DNA of 64,000 nucleotides, taken from NCBI RefSeq assembly GCF_006345805.1, contig NC_042999.1, positions 137,578,001 through 137,642,000 of the forward strand, read 5' to 3'. This document shows positions 12,276-26,756 of the stretch, one piece after another. The position numbers and the translations under genes are program-made. This DNA comes from Octopus sinensis. Its lineage: Eukaryota. The notes beneath the pieces were generated by a model that was not told the origin of the DNA, ran no database searches, and saw only the letters and a list, made by a program, of their open reading frames with translations. Position 1 is the first letter of the stretch, and every line of letters starts with the position of its first letter.

Positions 12276-15200
12276 AAGTTCTGCATATATTTACATTTAT
12301 ATTTATATACACAAGCAGATATATTGTAGTATAATACAAAAAATTTTCTGGTGTTATCTTTCAATTCTATGGGAATAAAAAGCATTTGTTCATACAAACA
12401 TATGCAGTATTTCATAAAGCTGTTTTAGTTATTATTCAATGTATATGAAATAGTTTTTAATATTCAAACATATCTAGGGACAGAGAAAGATGCCAAAGAC
12501 AAATTTAACTGGTAAATTAGAGGCTTTGCTCTTATTTGTTATCTCAAACTTTTAGGTCAAATTCCCACTTTTTGTTTGTCTGAGGATCAATAAAAGTGAC
12601 CACAAAATTCTATATTTTATTCAAACAACTTTACCTCTCATCTTTAAAAAAATTGATCTTCTGCTAAGTCAAAAGCAATAATCAATATTCAAACATACCT
12701 TTACCTTTCTTTTTACGCTTTACTTCACTATTCAACATCCAGGTTAGAAAGCAATTCTCATCTTTTTCATAACTATCGCTTTTTTTTATGTCAGTATCAG
12801 TATCAAAGTCTTCATTTGAGCAACAATAATAGTTTGTGTTGTTGTTAGAGTGTTGGACAGGATACTTTATTTTCCAAATTTGGTTCAGAGGATTTCTCAT
12901 TATAGAGTTCAAGTCAAAACATATTTATCTTAGCCCTTCATCATCAGTTCAATGCTGATTAATTAAGACCCTTTAATATAAAGGAAAAGTGTCATGAAAA
13001 CTAAGTGGATAAAAGGATGTCCTGTTGACAGAAGAATCAAGAGTATATATTCTGTTACTAACACTGTGATGGGCCCTGTGTAAGACAGACAACACTTCTA
13101 CCTTCATTTACCTGACAATTAATTTATTGGTAAATTAAGAGTGAAAAAGAGACAGACAAAGAGTTCATTCATTTATATGTCCACTCAGGAGTGGATAGAA
13201 TTGAAGCTGGTTACAGATACAACATCTTTTTCCAGAGTTTGTATTGCTAACTTTCTTTGAAAGAGAGTTATTAGCTGTCTAATTCTAAATGATTTGTTTA
13301 TGCTTCCAGCATTCTCACTGTTTGAATTATTTTGAAATAATCATCAAAAACACTTTAGCTACATAAATGCTAATTTACCATTCAACATGAACATCTTATT
13401 GAAAGAAAAATCAATCAGTCATTCAATATTCCATTTATCTCATGCAAATAGAATAATAACTAGAGCCAATTGCTTCACTATTCATAATTAGGAGGCTGTT
13501 ATTATGAATGATTAGTCCTTTTGTCTTCCAGAGAAGAAATGGAAATTGTTTTCGTTCCTGTCTTTCCTAAGGCAGGGAGCAACCTATTCATAGTGAAATT
13601 GCTCCATTAAACTAGGTATTATACTTAGCTTGTCATTTTCTACTCAGTAATGCTCAACATTTATTGAAATACAAAGAGAAAAATAAGCTAATTTCTAGGT
13701 TATAAAAAACATAAATAGTTATTAAGACTTGATTTTTTTAATACACTTTCTCTTAAGAGATCATCCACACATTTACTTTAAATCATTATTTATTTGCAAT
13801 CCCAACATAAAAGAAGAAATGGAAGATATTACTGCTACAGAAGTTCCTTTGGGATTGACAACTTGTTTTTTAACTTGTATGTTTATACAAGCAAACAGTA
13901 TTATTTCATATGCTGCATTGTGTAATATATAATTAACTTCAGTAACTTTTTGTCAAAGCAACACCATCTTCTGCATGTAACAGAGTTTTATAAAGTGTGA
14001 CTGTCTTGACTAAGAGAACATGTAACTTTGCTCTGCTGAGGCTAAAATAATTCTAATGAGAATTAAAACATAATTTTTTTAAAAACTGATATACCCTCTT
14101 TAACTAGACATACTTTCCTACATTGTCAGACTCAGTATGTTTACATACACAAAATATGTTATTGAGTTATATAGATTGAAAACTTCTGCCAATGGCATCA
14201 TTATTCCCACAGACATCAATATAGACATGTTCAAGATTAAAATCAGTTCAGATTTTAGACAAAATTATTTCTGAATGTTTTTATTGTCTGTGAAGTCAGA
14301 AGTGTAATGCTTATTGATAGACACATCTTTCAAAAGGTAGACCGCTTAACTATTTAGTGCTACTGAGAACACAATAAGTATTTACTGTTATATTTAGCAG
14401 CATGTATGTATACATATGGGGTTTTTACAACTTAGTCACAGGAAAAGAGTAACCTTCTCAAACTGGCTATATAGATGTGATTAATATCAACTTGCTCATC
14501 TGTATGTCATTGTCTGTAGAAAATATGAGAGAGGGAATTCCATAAGGTTGTATTTCTAGGGAAATGAATCCTTCTGTTTTACTAACAAAGTGTTTAGTGC
14601 AAGTGGTGGAAGTTGTGATAAAATATGCTTGACAGAGGGTAGATATGTAAGACCAAGTAAACCTGAGTGGCAAAGACATACAGTTAGTGAATTCAGAGGA
14701 GCAGAGGCCATTACAGAGAGGCAGAGAAAGGAAACAGCATATCAGCTAGAGGTTGTAAAGTATTGGTAAATCAATCTTTACTGTGTTAGTCAAATTACTA
14801 ACACTTTTAGATTTAGTTTGGATGTGTGCATGTTTCAGTAGAACAATTCTATAGATCTGAATAGTTCTCCTAGGTAGGGTTCTAAAGGGTCAGCCAACTG
14901 CTGAGGAATTAAATATTTACTGGCTCTGAAGAAGAGTCCTAATCTTTGTGACTTAATTACTAGTTTTGGCACTTATTTATTTTCTCCCTCACTGTGTATA
15001 CATACTGCTTCCTTATAGTACTTATTTACTTTCTCCCTTACTGTGAATATATACTGATTGCTTATCTCTTGGTATCTCTCTCCTTATATCTCATTCCCTC
15101 TATCACCACCTAATTATCTGCTATCTCCCCTTCTTTTCTTTATCTTGGTACATCTCAGGTTCAATGTACATCTCATTTTTCTCATTCAACTTCTTTCTTA

Positions 15201-15326
15201 TTCTCTATCAATCTCTCTCTCTCCCTACTCTTCTTTGCTTTCAACTTGTCACAGCTTCCTCTCTACCTATATCATCCACCACATATTTGTCACTTTTATT
15301 CAATGCCTGCCTTACATTCACCCCCT

Positions 15327-15428
15327 TGTGTGTGTGTGTGTGTGTGCACGTGTGTGTGTGTGTGTGTGCACGTGTGTGTGTGTGTGTATGTGTGTGTGTG
15401 TGTATGCACGTGTGCGTGTGTGTGTATG
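15327..15428. repeat. (GT)n / alternating purine-pyrimidine tract
   Basis: Direct reading. Confidence 0.95.
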
Positions 15429-16378
15429 TGGTTGGAGACAGAGATGGGGTGGAGTGGGTCGAACAGAACTGAAAGGCAACAGAAACAAGTCTTTGAGTGG
15501 ACTGGTTAAGATTGAGAGATGCAGCATGTACTAGAATGATATTCCTAATTCTTCATAAAACAGTTAAAAGAATAAAGTAAGAAAAGAAAATAAAGAAATT
15601 TTCTATTCCATGACAAATTCTCCATAAAAGGTTGTGTGTATGTGTGTGTACATATGGATGTGCATGTGTAAAGTTTTTTCACTGTGCCCGACTAACTTGA
15701 ATCATATGGTTTTTAGTTGGAATATGTAGCAAATCAGATAAGTATATAACGAAGTTGGAGGTGGGGATGAAAGAAATAGAGAAATGGAAGGGAAAGAAAG
15801 GAAAAAAAATATAAATCTTTGTTAGAATGATTGAAGTCTATTTACTGGGACTTTTTTCATTGGTGAAACTGTTTTAAAAAACATATGTACTTAAACTGGC
15901 ATTACAAGAAGTGAGATAATTTCATAAATTATTTCTCTAAGAATTACATAAAAGTCTGTTTATAAAAAATACTATTTCTAGTTGGGATTATTAAGACAGA
16001 AGTTTTTTTTCCCTTTTTTTTTCTTTTGTTATAATGGTGTTGTTCATTCATGATAAGAGCAATATGAAAAATACATTACATAAAGTAAGGAATATACAAA
16101 CAAGTTAAGAAAAAAGTTAAAAAAATTAAGGAAGGAAGCAAAGAACAGAAAGCATGACACAGTTTTTGCATACACCTTTTCTGCATGTATAGTAGTATGT
16201 GTATGTTTGTGTGCACACATGAGATTTAGTGCTGTGGATAGAAGTGCAAGCATTTTTACAGATGTAGAAAGAAGCTAAGGCCCGTTTTAAAAAAAGTTAA
16301 TTACAAGTGTAGCAATTATTTAGCTAATATAATTCTTGGTACAACCAGGTTGGGGAAGGTTGTGTGAACTAATATTGC

Positions 16379-16434
<56 letters not shown>

Positions 16435-16767
16435 ATATATTTGTGTGTGTGTGTAGATATATACAGATATACACACACACACACACACGAACACATATGT
16501 GTGCATGCATGCATACATAAACATACAAATATAAGGGCCTTAAACTGGAAGATAAGGTACAGAGTCAATGATTCCAGAAGTGTGTTGGAGAAGCAAATAG
16601 GTTTTTGGTTAACCATTTTCTCAGACTTCTCAACAGTTAAAATACTAATAATCACTCTCATCACTGACTTAACAGTTTTTCCATGTTTGCAAAGGTCACA
16701 GAAAACTGATTAAATAAATCTCAGCACCACCCCCAAACACACATTTATACATACACACACACATATG

Positions 16768-16814
<47 letters not shown>

Positions 16815-18459
16815 TGATGTATACATATTAACATATATTCATTTAATTCTATAAACATATATAAACTCCTCTACGAATGTATAGTACACACAGTGCACAT
16901 CATCTTTGTACAAAAGAAAAAAAAAAGCATGGATACATAGTACACACATGTACACCTTTATTTAAGCCAATTCAGTGGTCTCTTATTTGATTTGAGTTTC
17001 CTCTTATCAGTGCTTCTTTAGACAACTCAGACCTCTCTGGATCATTATCCAACATATGTGGGGGGGGGGGGCATGAAAGGATTCCAATCAATGCATTTCA
17101 TATATATATATATATATATGGAACAATCTGTGGATACCATCACACTAAAGAAAATATCATAGCCAATAATCATAGTCAAGTAAGCTGTAAAAGCAAGATA
17201 TTGAGAGAGATGTGGGAGACTGAATGAAGCTAGTAGTAGTTTCTTTCAGTTCACAAATATTAAAAACATAAAGAAATATTAAAAGAAAAGAAAAAAAAAG
17301 GTGTCTGAAGTTGTGTTATGTATGGAAGTGGAATGGTAGAGCTGGTTAGAAAGCTACAATAAATATTGACAGATGTTAGGGGAGAAACACAGATTTTGGG
17401 TTATGATGCTGAGACTGATAAAAAATGACAATAAAAAATAATATTATATAAAAGTGAAAAAGAAAAAAAACAAAGAGAAATATAAAGAAAACTAAAAAAA
17501 TAATCCTGAAGCTGGTAAAGAAGATTACTTTACACTGAAGCAGCTCCCCTGGAGTTATTTAAATATGGGTTTGTGTATATGCATATTTATGTATTCACAC
17601 ATACACATCCACATACATATGTGTGTATGTGTGTGTTTACAGATAAGAAGTTTGACAGTTCTTGTATCAAGGTTTTATGATTTCAGTTTATAACTTTGGT
17701 TGTTTGTTTTAATATTTTCGATTTTTTCTTTTTATCAATGACAAGAACATTTTTGAAGACAAATAAAGCCAAAGTTAAGAAGACTAGATAAATATAAGAG
17801 ATATCCCTGGCAAAGGAGATAGATAATTACATGAAATGAGTAAAGCTTTGCTTGTACCTAAAAATAATATAAAATCTTGACTTAAAGAAGGATATTTGCT
17901 ATTGTAAAAGATTTTCAAATGATCCACATTGCTTTTCTTTTACAACATCCCTACATAGAAAAAACATGAAAAAGATTGTCATTGCAAATAATAGAGGCAA
18001 GTTACAAAACAAAAACAAATAAAAAGAAAAACTATTATCCAGAAATACAGGGAACTTAATTTTCTATGAAATTGGATAATATTCAGAGAAGAAATTAATA
18101 CCTGTTACCTTCATGATTTCTTAATTAGAAGGAAGACCTTAGAATAATAGTAAGATTGGGTGGGCATATATTGGGTTCACTATGAATTCTAATAAATGAA
18201 AGCATCAGGGAATTGAAACTATAGACACAAAAAATTCTGAAAATCAAACTGAATCAATATTAGTTTAGTAATTTAGTAGAATACAACTTTGTTTAGAGTA
18301 ACCCATGCTAGCATGGAAAGCGGACGTTAAACGATGATGATGATGATGATGAGTACTTTTATCTGTTGGCTACGTTATTATCTTTTTAATTGTTTACTAG
18401 AAAATTTCATAGTTTTATCCAGGACCTATGTCAGCCTTGATTAGGCAAAAATATGTTCT

Positions 18460-18740
18460 AGTTGTGACTATCCTGTTTTCCCCAGAAGAAATGTATCTGG
18501 GCCACATTGACCTTACTTATGGACACTATCAATAGTAACAAGAGAGTTGTGAAGCTATCTAAATCATGAAGGTGAGATATAGGGAGGTATGAAGAAAAAA
18601 TATATTTTAAATAATTACCTATAGAGAATGACATGAAGGACCAGATGGGAAGGACCCTGGTAGGGTGTATGCCTGCAGCATGAGACTGCAGTGTATGGAA
18701 ATGAGTGGTAATTGCATTTGAGGCACCCAACCCTCAGCCA
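18460..18740 (+). mobile_element. Decayed RTE-type LINE 3' relic
   Basis: tgggccacattgacc (WAGH-like context), followed by a degenerate GRP-like end. Heavily decayed. Confidence 0.35.
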
Positions 18741-20789
18741 TGAAGATGGGCATATTCATTCATTCAGTGTTGTTTAATCCGAGGTCAACTTTAGTGGAAA
18801 ATGTGTAATTACTAAAGGCATTACAACCATGACCCTTTTGTTTTCTTGTTAGACAATATATCTGGAACTACATTATCCAATGTCTCTTGTTAGTTTTCTT
18901 TTTTTTGTCTTTTTAAAGATTGTGACTTCAGTAAAATTTGCTTGCTAATTTCTAGCAAGTTGAGTAACTTCTTAAAAGCTTTCTCATTGGTTGGTATATT
19001 CATTTATTATTCTTTTGGTGTGGCCAAAAGCATATATAACTGGATGAATTAGTAATTCTCATTCTCCTGCATCCACAGTTCAAATCCCTCCAGTGTTAAC
19101 TTTACATTCATCACTGTAGTCTACTAGTACTATGCTAGATTGATTGATTTAGCTATTTATACTCACCCCTTACACATTTTGTGGCTTTTAGCAATTTAAG
19201 AAAAAACACTACTATATACTAATACATATCTATTAAGATATGTAGACAGTTGAAATGACTATGAGAATAAAACATCAACCTTAATGTTTCTAGTTGGTAA
19301 CTGCCATGAAGTATATCATACTTTAATCAGCTTACGAATCTGTGAGGAAAATCCTTTGTTCCAGGAGTGAAATTTACTACCAGAAATTCTTCCTTTCCAT
19401 TCTTGCTCTGATTACTATGTTTCCAGAACAACCACCTCCACTGCTAATGAGGTCACCTAGGTAATAACTGTTACCAACTGCTTCTAGTGAGCCTTCCAAG
19501 TATTGCAGAAATTTATTTCACATATATTCTTACTGCTAACTTGTGAGCATTTGACAGAATCTATCTTATATGTCCTCTTAGTGCACCTGCTATATATGAA
19601 GATTATCTTCTCTATCTATAAATCCCATTATTCTGCTTGTATATCCAGAGTTGCTGGGTCACTGCATGGAATTTCCACCCACTCTATTTCTGCATATCAA
19701 AGCATGGGTCTTGGTGGCAGCAGAGTCCTGTCTCCTTTCCTACTTACTCTATGTCATTTACTTTGAGGTTTCTCAATTTTAGGTCCTACTTCCATATCTG
19801 GAATCTCTTCTGTAAATTTGCAATTGATTCTATTATAAGAACTAGGCCATTAGCAGTCTTAACTCTTTAGCATTTATACTGACCATATCCAGCCTAAATA
19901 TTCTACCTGTTTTCTGGCAAAACAGTCCAGATCCAACCTTTCACATTTATCTTACAATGTCATTCTAAAAATAAACAATTACATCATTGAAATTTCAAAG
20001 CTACAAGATAATACATGATCAATTCAAGACAATATTAACAAATAAGTATCACATTTGACAGAGCAATCTGAATGTTAATGAGTTAAACATCTCTGCAATG
20101 GCTTAGAGGACTACAGTAAATAGGAGGAGCTTGAGAATTGAGCCTTGATGGACTCCTACCAGCATGCTGAATTTTACACTGAAATTATTGCTAATTCTCA
20201 TTTTGCTAACTATATTTCCATACTGGGCTTAGCAATTTGATACTCTTGTTGTTGTTTGTTTCTAGAGCATCAGCTCTGCCTTTCTAGAGCGTCAGCTAAG
20301 TTGATGAGGATACTGCTCCACCAGTCACTGAACAAGACATCTTTCTATACCACCTGAGTGACTGTGAATATCTAGCATGTAACCTAGTTCACTAGATATC
20401 TTAAACATTTCATTGGTTAACCATCTTGGTCCAGCTGCTTTCTCTGCCTTCAAATTATTAATCACATTTAAACCATACAGCTGTCAACTTCAATGGCTAA
20501 TCCCTCTGTTAGGTTTATGTGGGTTAGACCCTCTCCTTCCTATGCATTCTCCTTATTCAATAACCTCTCATAACAGCATTTCTATACATTTCAGTTTTTG
20601 ATGTCAGTGAGGGCAAGTGAGCCACTATCATTCTGTACACACTTTTCCTCAACATCTCATTTTCTTCCTGTGTACTGTCTTGAAATCCAGAAAACCTCAT
20701 GCCTCTGACTCTCATGTCACAGAACATATGCAAACCTATTACTTTTGGCTTCTCCTCTTGCTAAGTATATCAGACGTCTAGATGTAAGA

Positions 20790-21105
20790 GAATGACGAAG
20801 AGTATAGTCACGGTAGTGTAAATGACTAACAGTAATGGTAGTGATGAGAGTGGTTTTGGTAATGGTGATGTAAAAGAGGATAACAGTAATGGTGTTGACA
20901 ATGATATAAGTATTAGTGGAATAGGTAATGGTAATGTGATAAATATAATGATAGTGGTAACAGTTGTATTGATAACTAGATATACATGTCTTTAAGAGTA
21001 GTGTTGACAATGGTATAAATAGCGGTGATGTAAATGACCATAACATCAGTAGTAGTAGTAGTAGTTTTAACAGTAGTTAACAATAATGATAGTAATGATG
21101 ATGAT
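20790..21105. repeat. Degenerate trinucleotide (GTA/GAT/AAT) low-complexity tract
   Basis: Direct reading. Confidence 0.8.
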
Positions 21106-21466
21106 GTTTGCATTGTACATATCAAAATGTACCACAGTATTCTGACTTGGTAATACAATTTGAAAACAAAGAACATTTTGTTTTCTGAAAAACTTTTTCT
21201 TGTCATTGAAAGCCATCAGTCTGACTGATACTATTTATTAGACAATCTATAACATCCCATATGAATTGTCTTCAAGGTTTGTTTTTCATATTGTTGATGC
21301 TATTTAATAATAAAACACTAATATTTGATGGAAGAGAGAAAGCATTTTCTGTCAGTTGATAAGATCGGTATTTTACATTTTAAACCACTGTTCCCCCCCC
21401 CACCACCACCACCACAGAAACTTTTCCTCACTTTAATATCTCAGTCAACTGTCAAACATTATACAC

Positions 21467-21522
21467 CTTAACAATATGTCACAAAAACTTTTAACGTAAT
21501 TCAACCATATGAATTTATGCAG
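21467..21522 (-). CDS. Candidate exon (56 nt, phase 0 to 2) of the WSC gene: LHKFIWLNYVKSFCDILL
   Basis: Strong acceptor ttttttcctattcttttcttcttcag and donor aag|gtgtat. It joins in frame to the 21671-21881 exon, giving ...AFCGVKKLHKFIW... Confidence 0.5.
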
Positions 21523-21670
21523 CTGAAGAAGAAAAGAATAGGAAAAAACTTTTGCGAGAATATTTGTATGTAAAGTGCAATATTTTGTCTAAAATTTCTG
21601 TTGTAGATATTTTAATTTTCAATACACATGAATCAGAATTGACTGCAATTCCCAATTGCAATAATTTCAC

Positions 21671-21881
21671 CTTTTTTACACCACAAAATGCTCCTATTGT
21701 GAAGCTTATTTTTCTATACAGAGACAAGTTAAGCAAGTATTTAATATAGCACCCTACATCATAATCCATAAATTTCTGAATGGAGTTTTTATGATTACCA
21801 TTGTCAGCAACTGTGACAACACTATAAACTGGGTATATGTTTATCTTGATGTCAACAGTTAAAAATGTACTGACATCACAC
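21671..21881 (-). CDS. Candidate exon (211 nt, phase 2 to 0), beta-rich, possibly PKD/REJ-like: CDVSTFLTVDIKINIYPVYSVVTVADNGNHKNSIQKFMDYDVGCYIKYLLNLSLYRKISFTIGAFCGVKK
   Basis: Lies inside an open frame of about 125 codons in AT-rich DNA. Acceptor aaatag| and donor aag|gtgaaa; the length fits the phases exactly. The domain call is inference. Confidence 0.55.
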
Positions 21882-22014
21882 CTATTTGTTAGTTACTTTA
21901 AAATGAGCTGAAAAATAATTTATTTAATCTTAGTCTCTATCCATAACAGAAGATGGGAACCATTTCAATATGCACTCTCCCTAAGAACAACCCCCAGAAA
22001 CAGATAGTCCTCCA

Positions 22015-22053
<39 letters not shown>

Positions 22054-23099
22054 GCGCGTGTGTGTGTGTATTTATGTGCATGTGTGCATGCATATATATG
22101 CATATATATTATGCACATGCACATGTATACACTCACACACATGCATGTGTTAGTGCACAATTTCACTGCTTATTATATTATTTAATTCTTTTTCATATTC
22201 AGCTTCAGTTTGTAGGAAAGGTATTGTAGGAAAGGTCAAATAAGAATCTTGAGGGAATGAATTATTTTAAGCAATAAAATTTTAAACTTTTTGAATAGAT
22301 TAGCTCACTAAAAACTAAAGATAAAGCTAACATTCTAATCTCACATTGAAACTACATTTTTTTAAATGAAAGATTATTAAACACAGTAAAAATGTTTTTT
22401 TATTAATCAAAATTTCTCTATCTTCATAATTTATTTTAATATATGCAGGACAAGCAATAGGATATATCATAAACAAAATTAATTATGGGAAAAAAATCCA
22501 GAAGAAATATATTCATACACAGAATTACAAAGCCACTCTATTTAAGATATTAGTGCATGTGATAGTAGCATGAAATATGTTCCAATACCACATATAAAAA
22601 GAAAATGTTTGCTTCTGTTTTCAATCATTAATTATATATTGGTCAAATATTTCTTCTGAATATGTAATAAAATAGGACAAGATGTATACTAAATGCTACT
22701 AGTTTTTTTGTTTTTTTTTATGGAGTGGGTAGGAATCCAGAATAATTTTCTGCTACATACATACAGTTAGGAGGTTTTGTACATGTAATAAATAATTTAC
22801 AGATGGGACCTTACCAGATGAAATCTTGATCCTGTTTCAGCTTATGGTTGAAATGGCTTAAGAAAAGATATCATCACAATTTATAATTTTCTTGCCCCCA
22901 AAATTTTGATCTTCCTGTTCAGCTAAGAAACAGGAATATTTTAATATTATATATATTTCAGTTTCAGCTTTGCTCTTGCTGAAATTTCTCCATTCCTACC
23001 ATAAGCACTACCATTATAAAGTCAACACATTTTCATTTCTGATATAACGTGAATAAATTCTTGATCTATTTGTCTTTATTATTACTTATTTTTATTATT

Positions 23100-23310
23100 G
23101 GCAGAATCACTAACATGCTAAACAAAATGTTTAGCAGCATTTCTCATGGTTTTATGTTTGGAATTCAGATTCCACTAAGATTGATTTTGCCTTTCATCCT
23201 TTCAGGCTCGATAAAATAACTGCAAACCAAGCCCTGGGATTAATGTAATTGAGTAAACCCCTCTCCCCAAATTTCGGGCCTCGTGCATGTCGTAGAAAGA
23301 ATTATTACAT
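23100..23310 (+). mobile_element. SINE with a Deu/Nin-like central domain
   Basis: gcctttcatcctttcaggctcgataaaata core. Related decayed copies at about 12540, 19060, 23420, 25320, 35800, 36950 and 47950. Confidence 0.65.
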
Positions 23311-23956
23311 ATTTTTTGTATTTTTAATAAACTGGAACTTCGTTTCAGACTTTCTTGATCAACTGCTATATACATGGTTGCTAAATATCAATTTCTAACA
23401 TTGGCACAAAGCCACAAATTTTGAGGGATGGTATAGTTTGATTAAACTGACCTCAGTAGTCAACTGATACTTTCCTTTATCAATTGGAAAAGAATGTCAG
23501 GCATAGTTAAACTCAGTAGAATTTGCTGAGTTAAATTCACCAGAAGAATCATAGCTAAATAAGGCTGCTAACATCTGCATAACACTATATTTTGTATCCT
23601 TTATATCATTGGCAAAGCAACAGTTATTAGCTGTTTATAGATTTACAATTCTCTCTTTCACTCTTTCTTTCTTAACTGTTTTGTCCTCCTCTGTTTGGCC
23701 CAGTTTTTGTTTTGGTGTAGCTACTTTTTCTTATACATACTTTGCCTGCCTTTCAGGCAAAGGAACACATTGTTGCCAATAGAAATAACATTCCTCTTAA
23801 AATTACCATAATACATTAATTGTGATGGTTGTTTAATATCAAAATTGGTTTCATGAAAACAAGCTCTTTTAACCAGGTAATGTCATAGAGCTCAGCAAGT
23901 AGAAACAAATGTGACTACACTGATCAACTAAAGCTTTAAAAAAAATCTACCTACCT

Positions 23957-23987
<31 letters not shown>

Positions 23988-24666
23988 CTATCAGGGTTCT
24001 AATCATGTCATGATATAGCAAACTTAATAGAGATGAAGATACTGTGAAGATTTTGCTATTAGCACAGTAAGAAAGGTTATATGCAAAGGACTTCCTTATC
24101 AAACAAGTCAAGAAACTCTGAAGCTAACTTTATAGGAAAAGAAAGTAAGATGCACCATATTACTGTGCAAGCAGGACAATTACTCCTTTCCTCAAAAACC
24201 TGAACTCAAGACATTATAATTAGCTACTTTATCTCCAGTATTATCTATGTCGCTTCAGTAACACTGTTTATTATTCCCAATAAGTCTGTTAAACAGACAG
24301 TCTCCCCTTCCTACTTGTTTATATTATTAATTACTCTAGTACAACTTGCACACCTAATATTCTGCTTACTATAAGGATTTCAATAAATGGTATTAATTTC
24401 AATGATGAACAGGTGTAAACTTTTGCAGTTGGATTTAATCAATGATGTACAACTGTCATTTTATAAAATTTAATTTTTTTTTACTACAAAACTACACAAA
24501 CATGTTACTATGTACCCGTACTAGATATTCATTTATAGCTAATCAGCTTTTAATCATCACTGTATTAACTGCCAATGTAGATAGTCATATTTTTAGGAAC
24601 TGGCTCAGTTTCTTCCCCTATGATGTATTTATATGAAATGTAAGTCAAAAAAGTAATAGTACTTAC

Positions 24667-24783
24667 TTGGCTTCAATATATGTGAATGCCTTTACAGAGT
24701 TGATGGTGTTGAAGTGCAGAAACGTGATCTTTATTAACTGCCAAAAGACAATCTTAATACCTTTATCATTGATTATATATTTC
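24667..24783 (-). CDS. Candidate exon (117 nt, phase 2 to 2; or 71 nt, phase 0 to 2, from an internal acceptor): KYIINDKGIKIVFWQLIKITFLHFNTINSVKAFTYIEA
   Basis: Consensus donor aa|gtaagtac, acceptors ttacag or ttttggcag, and only one open frame. The phase-2 end matches the phase-2 start at 21881. Confidence 0.45.
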
Positions 24784-26442
24784 CTGTAACTGCTTGACAG
24801 AAACACACACTAAGTTAAAAAAATAGTCCAAAAAGCTTTATTACTTACTTATTCAATGTCAATCTTTATAATAAATAAGAAAAGCTGTTATTTTGTTTTA
24901 CATAGGGCTTAGAAATAACTTTTAACTAGGACAAAAAAAAAAACTTGGAAATTAAATCTGAAATAACTTCCTGTTAAAATATTATTTTAGATCAATTGTT
25001 ACTAAGTTTAAACTTCTTCAAGAAGTTTCAGTTTTTCCATAGCCTATGTTAAACACCAGGCACCCTAATTATTATTCTACTTTTTTTGCACTCTGATATT
25101 ATATTCCAAGCCATCACTAAAATCTATATTTTCAAATGTATAATTATATAAAATACCAACAATTTTATTTTTCCTTATAGTAATTCTATATAAATAAACA
25201 ATGCTCAGTTTTAATTATTATGAAACAACTGTTTTCTTAAGTTAATGTTAGTCACTTACTAATTACAATTACTTTTTAATCAGAGGGATTAATAGAAAAA
25301 TAGTAAAAGGTTGGACTCAATACTTCAGAATATTTGTTTCACCTACTCACAACTGAATTCAAATTCTGCCATCAGGAAGATCACATAGGACCCACTACAG
25401 TGTGACATTATTTTAAAATTATCAAGAACAAAATGTTTACTATGAAGGGAATAAAATTTAGAAAGTATAAACTTATAAACCATGACTGCTGCAGAAAATT
25501 AAGTTGTTAAAGTTTTTATGATTCAGTGATAACGAAGAATAATAATTAAGGTGCTATAATCATAATATATTTATTTCCTTTATATATATCACAGTAGAGT
25601 AGATGATGGTAAGAAGAGCACCTTTATTGATAACACAAACATACACTGATATAGAGATTCAGAGACAGATTATTATAATGATTAGAGATTAGGGGTTTAA
25701 ACACTTCTTAATAAAATAAGCACCAACTGTAAGCAATATAAGATCTAAAAACAAAATAAATATTCTATCAGCTATCTCAACAATAGTTTCCTCAAACTTA
25801 TTCAATAATAAACTAGTTCACTTTATACAGGAGAAAAAAATAAACCACAAAAGTTTAGATGTCCATTTTTTATAAATATATTTACTAACCTAATTACAGC
25901 AAAGATTTAACTTTACAAGCAAGTAAAGTATATCAATTAGGTACCAGTCCATTATTTAGAGAAATACATACTATTTTACTGACTCCTACTACAAAAACAA
26001 GGAAAGTATTTCTAACATTTTATCCTCTACATATTGTCAAATAACAACAATACTTTCGATACTATTTTAACATATTTACAATATATCATCTCATTATGAA
26101 AGTTAAAGCAAGAAAGCTGAAGCTTACTTTCAAAAGGGCTATTTTCAATTTTCAAATGAAACTTTCTCCCAATAACTTTTCTTTGTCAGAACACTGAGAG
26201 TTGTTAGACTCTATTGAGCTGTAGTTGAGATTTATCATATTCTTGATATTTGTCATCTTGCTTTTTCTATGGCTAAATCATTATATATTAGAAGACATTC
26301 ATACTTCACCCACACTAACTCAAGAAAGTTCTTAATTATTTCTCTTTACCCCATTTCTCTCTCATTACATATGTTATATTAGCTAACTAGTTTGTTTTTT
26401 AATCCAGTTTAATCACCTATTTAAATACCACTTTAATCTAAT

Positions 26443-26756
26443 GATTTAATAAGTTTTGTTTGGTTTATAATGTTTGAGGCTTTGTATACAGCCTTAAATC
26501 CCACCCATCTTATCCCACACATCAATCATAACACATCAGTAAAGACATGTTTTATCATAGAATTAGTGTGTGTGAGTGTGTTGTGTGTGTGTGTGTGTGT
26601 GTGTGTGTGCTTGCATGTGTGTGTGTGTGTGTGATTTAATAAGTTTTGTTTGGTTTATAAATGTTTGAGGCTTTGTATACAGCCTTAAATCCCATCTTAT
26701 CCCACACATCAATCATAACACATCAGTAAAGAACATGTTTTATCATAGAATTGTGT

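Noticed and set aside
14925-14975. ctgaagaagagtc...gact, a hammerhead-like start
   Set aside because: There is no GAAA core after the stem and no convincing stem I. At most it is a decayed remnant.
7590-16713. Many ORFs rich in CVCV, IYIY or HTHT (also near 22 kb, 26.7 kb, 45.4 kb and 58.4 kb)
   Set aside because: They are translations of dinucleotide microsatellites.
22815-22925. Minus-strand segment with an acceptor and donor ctg|gtaagg
   Set aside because: The full-length version has stops in all frames. A 42-nt sub-exon is possible but too speculative.
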